A DNA stretch of 64,000 bases from Octopus sinensis (taxonomy: Eukaryota), in NCBI RefSeq assembly GCF_006345805.1, contig NC_043003.1, positions 80,910,001 through 80,974,000 of the forward strand, read 5' to 3'. A program made the translations under genes and the position numbers. The notes below the pieces were generated by a model. That model did not search any database and was not told the origin of the DNA. It saw only the letters and a program-made list of their open reading frames with translations. Positions 25,352-38,559 of the stretch are shown here, one piece after another (position 1 is the stretch's first letter; every line of letters starts with the position of its first letter).

Positions 25352-26307
25352 TGATTGATCGTTTAAAGCAGCCATAAATTTTGCCCATGTTTTCGGTATT
25401 AGTTGTTTAAACAAGTTAAAGGCTATATAGCCCGATCATTATTTTTGCTAGATGTTACTTTGTACCTTTGGTCAGATATTCTTGAAGATGTGGTGAAAAC
25501 AGTATTCTAGTATACGTGTCCAGAAATATTATGTTTGTTGTTGGGGGATAATTAAACAGTACTTACCCGACAGAGACTCATGAATATTGTGATAGTTGGT
25601 TATTGGAGAGCGACATTTTAATGTGTATTTGGGTTTCGTTACGAAAATGCTGATATAAACTTGTACAGATGGAAATATGTTTATCTCGTTTAATAGTGGG
25701 AGCATCACTTTATAATCATACATTTATAATCATATGTACATTTAGACACCATTTACATTTTATTCTTTGGGGTGCGTCAGAATTCATGTTCCATATTAAA
25801 CATTGAACAGTTGGTAAATAGGCTTGAATGTCTTATTCAAAATATAACCCATTGTATTACATAACAACTGGTGAAATGTTTAAGACGAATACTGTATGAC
25901 ATCCTTTGTACTACAGTGTTCTTTAACTGTCATCATTAATTTCATTTGATGTAGAATGAGAAACTTCAATTTAAAGATGGACAGCTGAACTTATAATAGT
26001 TCTCTTGTTATTTGCAATAAAATGTACTCGCAGTGTGCAATTGTAACTAGGGTACACAATTTACTTAAAGGGTATATTACTTTCTCCATGAATATGCGTA
26101 TGGTCCAATAACTAAGAAGAATAGAAAAATCCTATTTCTTAAAATCGTATTTGCAAAAACTGCTCTAGTATTGATTACTTCTATGTATTTGTTTTACAAA
26201 AATCCTGATGTGAAATCTGATTGATCGTTTAAAGCAGTAATAAAGTTAGCCCATGTTTATATATCAGTTGTTTAAACAAGTTAAAGTTATATAACTCGAT
26301 CATTATT
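25352..26307 (+). repeat. ~90-bp direct repeat pair (25352-25443 and 26218-26307)
   Basis: tgattgatcgtttaaagcag...gcccatgttt...agttgtttaaacaagttaaag...cgatcattatt occurs in both. Confidence 0.85.
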
Positions 26308-26727
26308 ATAAATATAGTTATATTTGAGGATGGCCATCTTTTTGCTAAATAACCACACCCACTATATACTCGTTTTCCACTCAGTTTTATGATTATTATT
26401 GTTTTAGTGTCTTTATCTCAAATCGTTCATCACATACTTTCTGATCTCTTCATCGACTCTCCATTCTACTCCCCATTCTGATTTTTTAGTCCTTAATATT
26501 GAGTTTTCCATCTGTTCAATGGTAAACATTTCTGAGGAAAATGTAGATCAATATAATATATTATTGCGAAAGTAAGACCTACACTGTAAACACACTCAAT
26601 TTTGCATTTTGAATACAAATGAAGATACGTAAATCCATCAAATATTTTCATCCTGATTATACTTGGTTATCACTATTTCCCCCGCGATTTTATAACGTAA
26701 ATACCAGTGTCAATAAAGCATCAGCGA

Positions 26728-26795
26728 ATTCATTTTCAATTACATGTTTCTTGCTATTTCAAATTATGCGCATGCTCAGGAGATTAGATTAATTG
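26728..26795 (+). repeat. 68-bp direct repeat, second copy at 30475-30542
   Basis: attcattttcaat.acatgtttcttgctatttcaaattatgcg.atgctcaggagattagattaattg; two mismatches between copies. Confidence 0.9.
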
Positions 26796-28214
26796 GCTTA
26801 AAACAAGCTGATGATTGATGGCCACAAAAATTTCACCTCATAATTTATATTTCGAAAGAATTCAAGATTTCCTAGATATTTCATTTTCGTTTAGTCAATA
26901 TTGTATACCCTCATTTCACAAATATTTAACATATTTTTTCACATAGTTATATTATATTCCTCATATACCTCTCTCTCGCGCGTGTGTGTGCATGTGTGTG
27001 TTTCTTTGTTTGTGCATGTGTGTCTGTTTGCATGCGTGAGTGAGTATTTGTGTGTGTATGTATGCATATGCATGCTACCAAGTTTGGCTCCTTAAATGAG
27101 TAAGTTTATATGAATTATAACATTCTGCAAACAGTGATTTCTGGTCCAGTTCGAGATAGTTGTATTAATATGCCAGCAGTTAGACATGATTCCTTCTTGT
27201 TTTTGTCCCGCAGTATAAGTTGTTTGTTTCCATTACGATGAAGGATTCATTTTGTTATGTTTGCACTATGTTTGCACTTAATCTCTTCGATTTCTTGCCA
27301 TACTGTGACAGTGAACTATAATGTATCTCCCTCTAGATCTGAAAATTTTAATTTATTTCTCGTCGCTATCTAAACGTGTAATTCGTTGTTCCTCTGCACA
27401 ATGTCATCTGTGGATATTATCATCTGAAACGCTAATGTTATTGCGAAACAATCATGATTGAGCTGAACGGATTTGGTATTAGTAGCATTGAAATTTGGCC
27501 ATTAATTTAATGAATTCTATTTGTTCAATTTTTTTCCCGGTGAAATACGATGTCTGAATAATATTTGCATCCCCACTATAGGTACACGTAGAGCATTGAT
27601 AGAAATAGAATACTCGTGAGGAGTAGGGTTATATATTTTATAAATGAAAATTTCTATTTATAACAATAATTAATTCTATGTGATGGTATGTTCGAAAGTT
27701 TCCAATGCTGCAGGGGACAAGAAAAGCGGTGAATTTGATATGAGGTACCGTAAGTCATTTGTACCCAAGCAGGTTTCTAGTTGGTTGATACAGATTTCAG
27801 TAGTACTTACGAGTAGCTGTGTCTGATGAATACTGGCAGTATGTGTATGCGTTACATCTGTGTATGATTTTATGAGATGGGGAAGGATCTTGGAGATATT
27901 GTTTTGAAAGAAAAAGGATGCACACCCACTATACACAATTTTACAATAAATTCTAGTTGTGTGTCTCTATTTACACATAGCATAATCTTTTAGTTTTCAA
28001 CGTCGGATTTTCTACACAGCATTCAGTGCTGTTTCTTGAAAAAGTGTTGGGCGATTTGTTTATAATTAGATGCGGACAGAGACGACATTTTTGAAAAGAG
28101 AGGGATGCAGATAACTGATGCAGGCAACAACAGAATCAATCGAATGAATAGTTAAGTGTGTTTCTCTGTTTGTGTGTGTTTCTGTGTGTATGTGAGTGTG
28201 TGTGTATTACACTT

Positions 28215-28390
28215 TTACTTGCTTCAGTCATTTGACTGCGGTCACGCCGGTGCACCTCCGTTAACGCTTTTTCAGTAGAAGACATCGACCCCTGTACTTA
28301 GTCTTTGTAAGGCTCTGAACTGCGATGTTACGGAGACGTAAACACAGCAGGATCAAATGTCAAGTGATGAGGGGGGCAACAAACAAGACC
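28215..28390 (-). mobile_element. Family B SINE 3' half, degenerate
   Basis: cttcagtcatttgactgcggtcacgccggtgcac...gttacggagacgtaaacac matches 21424-21640. Confidence 0.7.
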
Positions 28391-28519
28391 AGAGCCTGCT
28401 GACATGATTTGGTAGATGGAAGTTAAAAGAAGCCCTTCGTATATGTGTGTGTATGTGTGTGGGTACCTTTGCATTTGTGCTTTTCACCTACCACGCAGCC
28501 ATGCTTGCGCCTATGTATG

Positions 28520-28560
<41 letters not shown>

Positions 28561-28705
28561 TATATATATGCGTGTGTGTGTGTGCGTGTGTGTGTGTGCG
28601 TGTGTGTGTGTGTGCGTGTGCGCACGTGTATGTATCAGAGAAAGCACATAAATGCGAAACTGGGTGAAAAACATAGTACTCGGATACAGGAGGTAGAGTA
28701 ATATG

Positions 28706-28866
28706 CTTTATTAAAGAAAAACCAGCAAAAATATCACCAAAACTGGTACTCAGAGTTCCACGTTCCCTTTCGTCTGACAGTTTTGTCAAACAAAACTGTC
28801 CAAGGAGCGGTACTTGAAACTCTGAGTGACAGTTTTTGTGATATTTTTGCTCCTTTATTAATAAAG
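28706..28866. mobile_element. ~160-bp imperfect palindrome, probably head-to-head PLE-type repeats
   Basis: Arms ctttatt...gcaaaaatatcac.aaaactg..actcagagtt are reverse complements; central gacagttttg/caaaactgtc hairpin; degenerate hammerhead motifs. Confidence 0.6.
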
Positions 28867-28974
28867 TGTATGTATATATATATATTATACACACTCACAC
28901 ACTCACATACACTATATACTATATCATGTTATTTCATATTATATTATATTCTTCCTTGTTTCTGTCATTTCAGG

Positions 28975-29290
28975 GCTGGCACGCTGTCTTAGAGAATTTT
29001 AAGTCGAATAAACGAACACCTGATTTTTTTTTAAAGCCTATTCTATCAACGTTTTTTGCCAAATCACTGAGTTACAAAGACGTAAGCGCACCAATGCCAG
29101 TTGTCAAGAGGTGGTAGGAGACAAACATAGACACGAACACACACACATACACACGACAGGCTTCATTTAGTTTCAATCTGGTCGACCTGATGCTATAGCA
29201 GAAGACACTTACCGAAGTTGTCACCCAGTGGGACTGAATCCGGAACCAGGAGATTTGGACGCAAGCTTCTTATCACATTCGCACGTCTGT
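28975..29290 (-). mobile_element. Degenerate near-full-length family B SINE
   Basis: Same order of 3' half, CA tract and head as 21424-21836. Confidence 0.65.
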
Positions 29291-29319
29291 ATGTACGCAT
29301 ACCTATATTTATACATTAT

Positions 29320-29560
29320 TATTTATTTATGTGCCCTTTTCAAGCCTAGGCAAGCTCATGGGCCCGTTTTCCCGGTTTCTATGGCGTATGATAGTTAAGG
29401 CGAATGAGTATAACAGGGGTCACCCCCTTCCTGCTGGAGACTGGTGGAGCTTTTAGGTGTTTTCGGTCAATAAACACTCACAACGCCCGGTCTGGGATTC
29501 GAAACCGCGATCCCCCGACAGCAAGTCCAATGCCCTAACCACTGGGCCATTGTGCCTCCA
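29320..29560 (-). mobile_element. tRNA-derived SINE (family E here)
   Basis: TGGAGGCACAATGGCCCAGTGGTTAGGGCATTGGAC (A-box) ... GGTTTCGAATCCC (B-box), non-tRNA body, (TAAA)n tail. Confidence 0.8.
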
Positions 29561-29597
29561 TATTTATACATACATATACATATATATATATATATAC

Positions 29598-29705
<108 letters not shown>

Positions 29706-30549
29706 ATATGTATATATTTATAGTAAGAGATATTAATATACATATACATACATAAGCAAATATTTGTATAGCACTCGTATCATTTATTGAACTCATATTT
29801 CATCTCGCTGTGAACTAATACCCTGCGGTTAAAGCAAATTGATTTTTAACTACATGGAATAAGAATCTAACTGACAACCAGCTTCGTCTTTCATGAGGCA
29901 AATCATGGAAAGCTTATCTCTGTCTTGCAAAATGTTGACGGATAGTAGCGTATAACTATTTATTGATAAATTTAAACGTATTATGAACACAACGAATTTA
30001 CGTAATGATTACACATTTAACAGTAGGACATAAAAGTAATACAATGAAGGTTATGCGTGTGTGAGTGCGAGTATTTATGTTTCTATGTGTATGTGTTTGT
30101 GTGCGTGTTTGTATCCGTGTAGTGTGTATGTGTAGCGACTCATATTCCATAGTGTTAAATATATATTGAGATATGCTATGAAGATAAAACTCGTTCATAA
30201 TTAGCCTTAAACTATTTTCTTTTAGTTTTTACAGGAAATATGGAGAATTGACTTCGGATGAGCCTTAAGAATGACGAAATTTCTTTGACCCAATCGTATT
30301 TCAAGTTGCTGAAGTTTCTTCTCAATGAACCATATATTTTTTTATTGTTTGCCACTCAACTATATGTTTAATTACAATATGCATATTATTTCATACACAT
30401 ACTCGTTTACAACTTCCACAGTAGTGTTACCCTAGTTACACTTATATTAATAAATGAAATACATGCGCATTTATATTCATTTTCAATAACATGTTTCTTG
30501 CTATTTCAAATTATGCGTATGCTCAGGAGATTAGATTAATTGTGTGTGA

Positions 30550-30691
30550 TAAGGAGCATGCTTCCCAGCCACGTGGTTCCGGATTCTATCTCACTGCGAG
30601 GACCTTGTACAAGTGTCTTTTATTATAGCCTCAGGCCAGCCAAATGCTTGTGAGTGGATTTGATAGATTGTATCTGAAAGAAGCCCATCGT
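30550..30691 (+). mobile_element. Family B SINE 5' half
   Basis: ccacgtggttccggattc...caagtgtctttt...gtgagtggatttg...gaaagaagcccatcg, then (TA)n. Confidence 0.75.
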
Positions 30692-30693
30692 AA

Positions 30694-30745
<52 letters not shown>

Positions 30746-30759
30746 ATATATACATATAT

Positions 30760-30950
30760 ATAGTTAATCCAAACATGAAAACACAACAATGCAAGGACGT
30801 GGAACAAGCATAGTATTATTGGACGCTCAGGAAAGAAGGAAAGAAGGAGGGTTTAACGTTTCGAGCGGAGCTCTTCGTCAGAAACATAGGAAAAGGAAAG
30901 ATCCAAAGAAGGGAAGACGGAGGGAAAAAATCGCCAACAGTACACACGCG
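30760..30950 (-). mobile_element. ~190-bp hammerhead-bearing PLE-type non-autonomous repeat abutting (TA)n
   Basis: A homologous copy at 52459-52645 has the same ends (tagttaatc.aaacat ... acacacgcgg), also next to (TA)n. Confidence 0.7.
30851..30885 (-). ncRNA. Minimal type I hammerhead ribozyme motif
   Basis: GTTT-CTGACGA-A-GAGC-TCC-GCTC-GAAA-CGT-T-AAAC: stem I GTTT/AAAC, stem II GAGC/GCTC, both core motifs intact, palindromic AACGTT in place of stem-loop III. Confidence 0.7.
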
Positions 30951-30964
30951 GCAGCTGTGCTTGT

Positions 30965-31040
30965 TCCTAAACCACCACCACCATAGTCACCATCACCATC
31001 ACCATCACCACTACTTCCACCACCACCACCACTACCACAT
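30965..31040. repeat. (CAC/CAT)n trinucleotide microsatellite
   Basis: Seen directly. Confidence 0.85.
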
Positions 31041-31215
31041 GATAACCGGTGTTGCTGCTACTACATTTCCGTAACTTAACAGATTGTGAAAAGTGAGCGA
31101 TAAAACAAGTACCAGGCTTAAACAAGTAGCCATAGTGTAGATTTGCTCCACTAAAACCTTTCAAGTAAGTGCCCCAGCAGGGCTGCAGTCAAATAAATAA
31201 ATAAAATCAAATACG
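31040..31215 (+). mobile_element. Family B-like SINE 3' half, degenerate
   Basis: ataaccggtgttg...ccgtaacttaac...gtgccccagcagggctgcagtcaaat. Confidence 0.6.
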
Positions 31216-33299
31216 TAACAAATATGCTAGGTGTGTCTAATGCTTACGTAGAGACCATATGCATTTAAACCACAGTAGCAGTTTTATCTTTAATTCATAG
31301 AACAGGTTTGATACAGTGTTGGTGTTCCTTACCTGCAAAAGATATTTAAATGAAAATGGATATACAAGATTTGTATTTACTGCTCGAAATTTCCACGTTT
31401 ACATGTAACATGATTTTAATTATACCTATTATTGGGGAATAAAATTTAAAAAAATTACATCAAATATGCCGTGTTAATTGGCTCAATTCATCTATAATGA
31501 ATACTGAAGCGGTCAATATTCTTATTACAACACAAATATTACATAACTCATATCTAACGTAGAAGGTGATGAAAGTACGCATTTAATTTAATCTATAAGT
31601 ATGAATATAGAAAAAAAAACTAGAAAAAATATAAAGCAAAATATTCTGGACATATTTGATTATCTAATTTATTTTCGTACTAAACATGCCTGCTTTAGAA
31701 TAATGAGAAATCTAAACTACTATTAGGCTAATACCTAAATGAAGTATGGAGAACACTCGACGGCTTATTGCTTACATTTATCAGAGATGAATGTAAAAGC
31801 AATTTAAACATTATATATTCAAACTTCAAACGCGACTTATTTCTTTATCGAAAAATCTGCGATGAAGGCTTCCAAAGATTTCTCTTTTTTATTGAATCAA
31901 TCACTATCAGCTAATAAGGAGTCAGATCGTTCAAAGAAACGCTGTCACGAGAGTTAAGATATAATACTGTTTTCAATTTCTTCCGCTCTACTTTTTATGA
32001 TATATTTCTAGTAAAATTAACTACTGCCTGCTATGTTATATATTATTTATATTGTTTTCCTTTTGCTTGCATTTTCGCATATTGGTTCTGCAAAATATGT
32101 ACAGAAATAGCATAGTTTAAAGCATTTATTAGCATTATGATAGTTTAGTAAAATGTTCTTTTCAATAGACGGGAAGAAACGGAAATAATATAAAATAAGA
32201 TGGTAAAAGAAATGCGCTATAGTGTGCCTATAGGAAATGGAATGGAAACAGCTAGAAATGCCGGTAAACTGTCTGACAACTATATGTAAATTTCGTTAAG
32301 CGTAGAAGCTCTTTATTCATATTGTCACGAGAACCCATGTCAGTTTAGTAGAATGAAACTTGTTGGTTGTAAATTCCAGAATCTTCGACCTTATTGACCG
32401 AAAATCTCCATGATGCTAGACTAAATTGTTTCTAAAGTTTCCAATTTATTTACTTTGTGCTTGAACACACAACGCATACATTTGCATTTGAAGTCATTTA
32501 GTTTCAGGATTCTGACATATTAACTTTTCCAGTTAGCTAAAGAGTTTAAATATTTTAAAATCTTTCATAAATAATCTTACCTTTTAAAACTTTGTTACTA
32601 TTTCTACTAAACGAGTCTCCTAAAATGGTGTAGACTTTCTTAGAGGGAAGAGGAAATATTACGGAGTATTAATTATTGATAAAATATTAATCATGTTGAA
32701 TGCCAGCATAAAGATAATTTTATTTGTATCGTTACACAATATGTATATTATTATTAATATTTTCTCTGTTTGAAGATTTTCATTGATATTTCATATAGTA
32801 ATACAGTGTTCTGATTGTAAGGATATTAAATCTTACACCGAACGAAAGTGGAAATATAAATACATGTTTTGAATATTTCATATGCAGTAATACGGTGCGT
32901 TTCTAGTACAAGAATCATATATGGTGTAATACCAATACGTAAGAGAATAATGTGTGTGTGTGTGTGTGTACCCGTTTGTTTTGTGTGTGTGTTTTCTATG
33001 TTATGGGTGAGTTAGTTGGTGCGAGTTCAATGTTAGAGAGATTAAACTAGAACAGGAAGATACTTCGTATTAATCAGTCACGGGACAAAGGGCAGTATCT
33101 GTCATAATGTTACAGGACTGTCGAGATAGGAATGAAGAGAAGCCACTGCTTATTGGTTTCTGCAATAAAACACCACACATCCGTACATTAATTTCTTCTC
33201 ACACCTGAGCAGTGGTCCAGCGACAAAATAGTGGCGTTAAACTTGGTGATATATTTAGTCAACTGTTGCTCATAGGATATGAGTGTTAACGCTTAAAAT

Positions 33300-33511
33300 A
33301 TTGATTTCACATTTTCGTACAAGGCCAGTAATTTCTGGAAGGGATACGTCGATTACATCGACCTCATTGCTCAACCACTTATTTTATCGACCCCGAAATG
33401 ATGAAAGGCAAAGTCGACCTCGGCAGAATTTGAACTCAGAACGTAAAGGCAAACGAAATACCGTTAAGCATTTCCCCCGTGTGCTCACGATTCTGCCAGC
33501 TCGCTCCCTTG
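33300..33511 (-). mobile_element. Family A SINE monomer
   Basis: Reverse complement of gagcgagctggcagaatcgtgagcac...gagttcaaattctgccgaggtcgactttgcctttcatc. Confidence 0.8.
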
Positions 33512-35299
33512 TTAACGATTAAAATATTGTGTTACAGTGCTGAAATCTATATGCAAACAATTTTTTAAAGTAAGGCAGATATATGGAACCAAAAGCAAAG
33601 ACAACGTATAAATGATCATGATTAAGCAATTTCATGATTAAGTATCAAAAATATTGCAAACCTTATTCAAAAGCAATTATATGGCATTTAGATTAGATAT
33701 ACATAGATTAGATATATATAGATTCTGCTATATATTAATTGTACACTGAATTGACTTTAGAATATAATGGTATACTGTATTTGATATACAAGACAAACAC
33801 ACCAGAAGCACAAAACTCCGTACATACATACATACACACGCACGCACACACACACACACACACGTATATATATATAACTATACTTATTTAAGTAAATGAA
33901 CCTTATTTGAACAATACTTAATAACATGTTTTCAAAATTATAACCCCTGGTCTACATAAGCTGTTTGAAAACGGATAAGTAACGTTTTCATCACTTCCTA
34001 GTGATATTACGTAATGACTTGTAATTCAGATAGACGGAGTATTTTATCGGTTTCAAAGTTATTATTTAGCAAATTATAAAAAAATAAATTGAAAGTCATT
34101 TTCTTTTCGAAATTTAATTTTCAAATAAGAGTTAATATCATTATCAATATTCAGAATATTTAGGTATTAATTGAAATATATATCTTTGTTTCCAAGTAAA
34201 TAGTTACAAAACGAAATACAAACTAAAAAGATGTGTGTCGAATGATATGCATTAGTTTTCGAAACGTATCTCTCGATATTATAGCCTTGGATAAACTACC
34301 TCTGAATACAAGCAAACTGATAATATCGAGTTAAAAGCCTCTGGTTACAGATCGGAATGATGCGTACTGATCAAAGGCTAAACAGCGACAGCAACAAATG
34401 TCTATTTTCCGTAATTGGAAATAGCTTTTGAAAATTATCCTATATGAATGTTTTGTAATATATTGATGTAGTATGGTTAGAAGTATTCGCCTTGATCAAA
34501 TCTTCCGTTACAAAATAAATTAATGCATTTTCTATAATGTAAATAATTATTCGAAAATATGCAATATAGTACTTACTCTTAGTCTGTAGAATTTTTCTGC
34601 TCTAAAAGAAGATACCAATATGTTAGAAAATCAGCTGCACCCTGTTACGTTACTATAACATTTGATTATATACAAATCATTTAATCGATAAAATCCTACT
34701 TATCGAGTGAAAATTCATGACCTAAACTAATCTCATGCTATTAGAAAACTTTTCGGAATTAATTACATGTTGCTATAAACAAGTTTAAATAATGTTCGTA
34801 ATACCAGCATGTAGTTAGAGCCAGGGGGCCAGATTTTTGTTAAGATTAACTTTCTCTGTGGGAACAATCTTGTCTAAAATATTTCCAAATTAATCTGGTA
34901 TCTATTCTTTGTGACTAATTCGAATTCAGTGTTGTAATATAAAATGAAGCACTTTAAAACATTCAAGCTGTAAACATTCACATATTTCACTTGGATAGAT
35001 AATTTAAGGTTTCATATTTCGTGCCTCTACAAATTAATTAAGAAAGTTGCATGCCAAAATAGACTAATTAGAAAAGAACAGTACGTAGAAATGAGATCAT
35101 GAAAAACAAAAATTGTTACGCGGTGGTTATAAATAGTAGGAAAATCTGCACGTTCACAAAGAAAAGGTAATTTTAGAGGTTGGCTTGTTTCAAATTCCAA
35201 TATATTTTTATTATGTTTTCTCTTTGACTGATGGATGGGACAATCCATTTATAGAATAGAAAGAATTACTTAAAAATGAATGTAAAATGTATGTATTAT

Positions 35300-35807
35300 A
35301 TTACATGGAAAAAATGTGAGCATCAAAAGTCGTATTCTTAAGTTAATAAACCTGGAAATGTACAGGACAAGTTATTACACCTGTAAAAGTATAGGACAAG
35401 CTATTACTTTTTGTAAAGTAAAGAATAAGAAACTCTTTAATTCAAATATTGCAGCAAAGAATGCCAGTTCTTCTAATTTATTACTATTTACATTTTCACC
35501 TTTTATATTATTTTACAAAACTGTTCAGCTAATTTGTAATTTTGTCTAATTAGTCGCTTTTTAGGATAGTAAATTAGGAAACTTCTACTTAAATAAGTAG
35601 TGTTATTTGTAAACTATACTAAAATAAATTTTAATATTCAAATTTTAGTTTTAGCTACAATAGTTTAAATAAAAACTTTCTTATTCTTTACTTTACTAGA
35701 AGTAATATCTTGCTCTATACTTTTACAGGTGTAATATGTTGTCCTGTACTTTTCCAGGTTTATAATCTTAAGAATATGATTTTTCATGCTCGCATTTTCT
35801 ATGTAAT
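35300..35807. mobile_element. MITE/foldback element with ~140-bp terminal inverted repeats
   Basis: 35300-35440 is an imperfect reverse complement of 35670-35807 (tattcttaag..tataaacctggaaa.gtacaggacaa..tattacacctgtaaaagtatag); no clear TSD. Confidence 0.8.
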
Positions 35808-36629
35808 CCTTGATTTTCCAGGCATTGCTGCTATAAGATAATTAATAATGTGTCAAATAATAAATTAAGATTTTACTTTATAAAATACTGAAAGATAATA
35901 TTTCAATTTTTTCGTGTTTAATTTAAATATATTTTGTGATTGAATTATTTGAGATTACCCATCCACACCACATTAATGGCAGGGATTTTTACCATGTTGT
36001 TGGTTGCACCATGGCTCACCAATTGTTACAAACAACAAGATCCCCAAACCATCAGTTACCAGACTCACCTTCAGTAACCTAATTTTGCAATATTAGGAGG
36101 TCACAGGAATTCATTCGATGAAAAAAATTCCAATGATTCCAGGATTGTGGGAGACGGGGAACCCCCACACATAATTTTTTCCGAACCAGTATAAGGGATT
36201 TGCAGCATATTAGGATATCAGGGTACTTGATTCCACGAAAAAATCAAATTTTCTCTTTTCTTAGTGAAAATCGTGCCGGTGTTAATATACAAACTGACCA
36301 TAATGTTGTTGTTATTTAGCCTCAAAGAAATCCTGATATTGCAAACGTATCATCAAATACATTCCATTCTTCATCAAACCGTCTTTTATGGATAATCTAG
36401 GACATTAAATACAATAGGCCTGTGATTTAGGTTGGGGGGATACTTTGGCTGCTATGTTTAGCGTGTCGAGAGACCACGTAGAGGCTCTTTCATTGGTTCG
36501 AGTGGATGATGAGATTTTTTACACATATATGTAATATGTATATATATCATCTGCAGAAGTAAGAGAGTAAGTCAAAAGCTGAGATTTTCGTGTATAGGCA
36601 CTTATCAAACACGAATTTAACCCTTGTCA

Positions 36630-37035
36630 CTTCTAAAATAAAAAAAATGTGTCAAAAACGTTAAGAGTAAGCCCTGTTCTATGTGAGACATTCTACCAGT
36701 ATCGAAAGTTTGAAAATGTTTAGTTAAAAAAATTATATAAATAATCTCTACGTCTAATTGAATAGATCCGAAATGGATAAATGGCAAAGTCAACCTCGGT
36801 GGAATTTGAACTCAGAAAATAAAGACAGAAGAAATACCGCTTCTAAAATACAAAGTGTTGTCATAAACGGTAAGAATAAATCATGCTCTATGTGACATAT
36901 TCTACAAGTGTCGGAAGTTTGAAAGTGTTTAGTTAAAAATTTTATTAAATAATCTGTACGTCAAATCGACCTCGGCGAAATTTGAACACAAAAACGTAAA
37001 GATAGACGAAATACCGTTTCTGCCACCTCACCGGC
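36630..37035. repeat. ~200-bp tandem duplication containing a family A SINE fragment
   Basis: Units 36630-36839 and 36840-37035 both start cttctaaaata and share gtttgaaa.tgtttagttaaaaa and cctcgg.g.aatttgaac. Confidence 0.8.
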
Positions 37036-38559
37036 TAAGAAAGTAAGAATTCATTTTAGAAATATATTCTTTTTTCTTATTGCTGCAGCGTTACTTCCTT
37101 CCTTACTTACTTACTAATATGAAATTTCGTAACATTTTACTTCATAACTCATTTGTTCGATGCGAAGCGCGATTCTGAATTCCTCATGAATTTTTCTATC
37201 ATTTAAGCCGAAGAAAGGTATACATTTAATTTAAAATTTTTTAAAAATATGCTAATTGAAGATGAATATCTGCCTTACTGCCCCCTTTAGGTCGCAGATT
37301 TTTTTATGTAACTTTTTTTTCTGAACCAAATCTCAACCTATTTATGCCAAAGTGTAGCTGAAGAGGTGTCCTCTTTAAAACTATTAACAATTTGCAATTT
37401 AGTTGAGAACTGAATTAGTGGTGAAGATTGGAAGTTGCTGCGATTGACGACATGGTGGACTTAAGAATATATTCAACCACTACAGTGGTTGAATAATAAG
37501 AAGTAATATGTAATGAATTCTTAAAACGTTACCTTAGGCATATATACAAAGTTTCCCCTACGGTAGACTTGTGGAAGATTTATTCAAAAGCATTCTTGAA
37601 CGTAATTTCATTTAACTGATGTGACTTTAAAAATGTAACATTTTATCCATCGAGGACGAAGCATTTAACAATTCCTAATCGATTTTCCAAATCATAAAAG
37701 CTTTTGTTTTAAATTCTCTATAAAATCGATTGTCTTTATTACATACAGGGAGAATTGCAATAAAAGTAACCAATTGAAAATTTATTCTGCTAGGTTATAT
37801 ATCATATGTTTATTAGGAGTTGTCAAACTAAAATACGACCAGTTTAGCTTTGATGGCAATAATCATGATTGAACGACGATTACTTAATTGCCGAAAGCGT
37901 TGTACAGAAAATATTGAAACCTAGAATCGACATATGTGCAAATGTCTTCTGTTATTTTACAACGTATCTCCTTGTACTCAATCCATTCTCACGTAAATTA
38001 TACAAGGAATTGAGCCAATAAATCAGATGTAAACTATTGGAAATCGTTAACTATTTGCGACTAGTGATATTTAATCTATAAATGTACGTAAATGTATACC
38101 TGAGCTATTTTGTTTCACCTTTTTGTTGATTCTACAGATTAGTATTCAATAATTGCGTAGAACAAAGTAGTGGCAAAGGAGGATTTAGATAAATAAATGT
38201 GGCTGCAACCATTGATTTATGCATTTAAGTATTAAAAATCTGTTTTCGTTTCGTGTTTTAAGTCGGCGAAGTTGATTTCATATGTCAAAATTGTCTGTCT
38301 CTCAAATTTACAAGATATTAAAATGAACTTATTAAACACGCAAACATATATACACAGAAATACAAATTTATACCTATAACCCTGAAAGTAGATATTCGCA
38401 TAAATTTATTGAAACTGAGCGCAATCTTCAGGCGAGATATATTACATTTTGGGCATTTAGCTAATTATTCTGATGACGATTTTGCTTTACACCCTTTCGT
38501 ATTCGGTAAAATAGTTACTAGTCGAGGACTTTGGTCGATTTAACCAACTAGTTCCCCAC

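Noticed and set aside
29480-29560. tRNA-like sequences here and at other SINE heads
   Set aside because: A/B boxes are present but there is no complete cloverleaf or acceptor stem, and they continue into SINE bodies.
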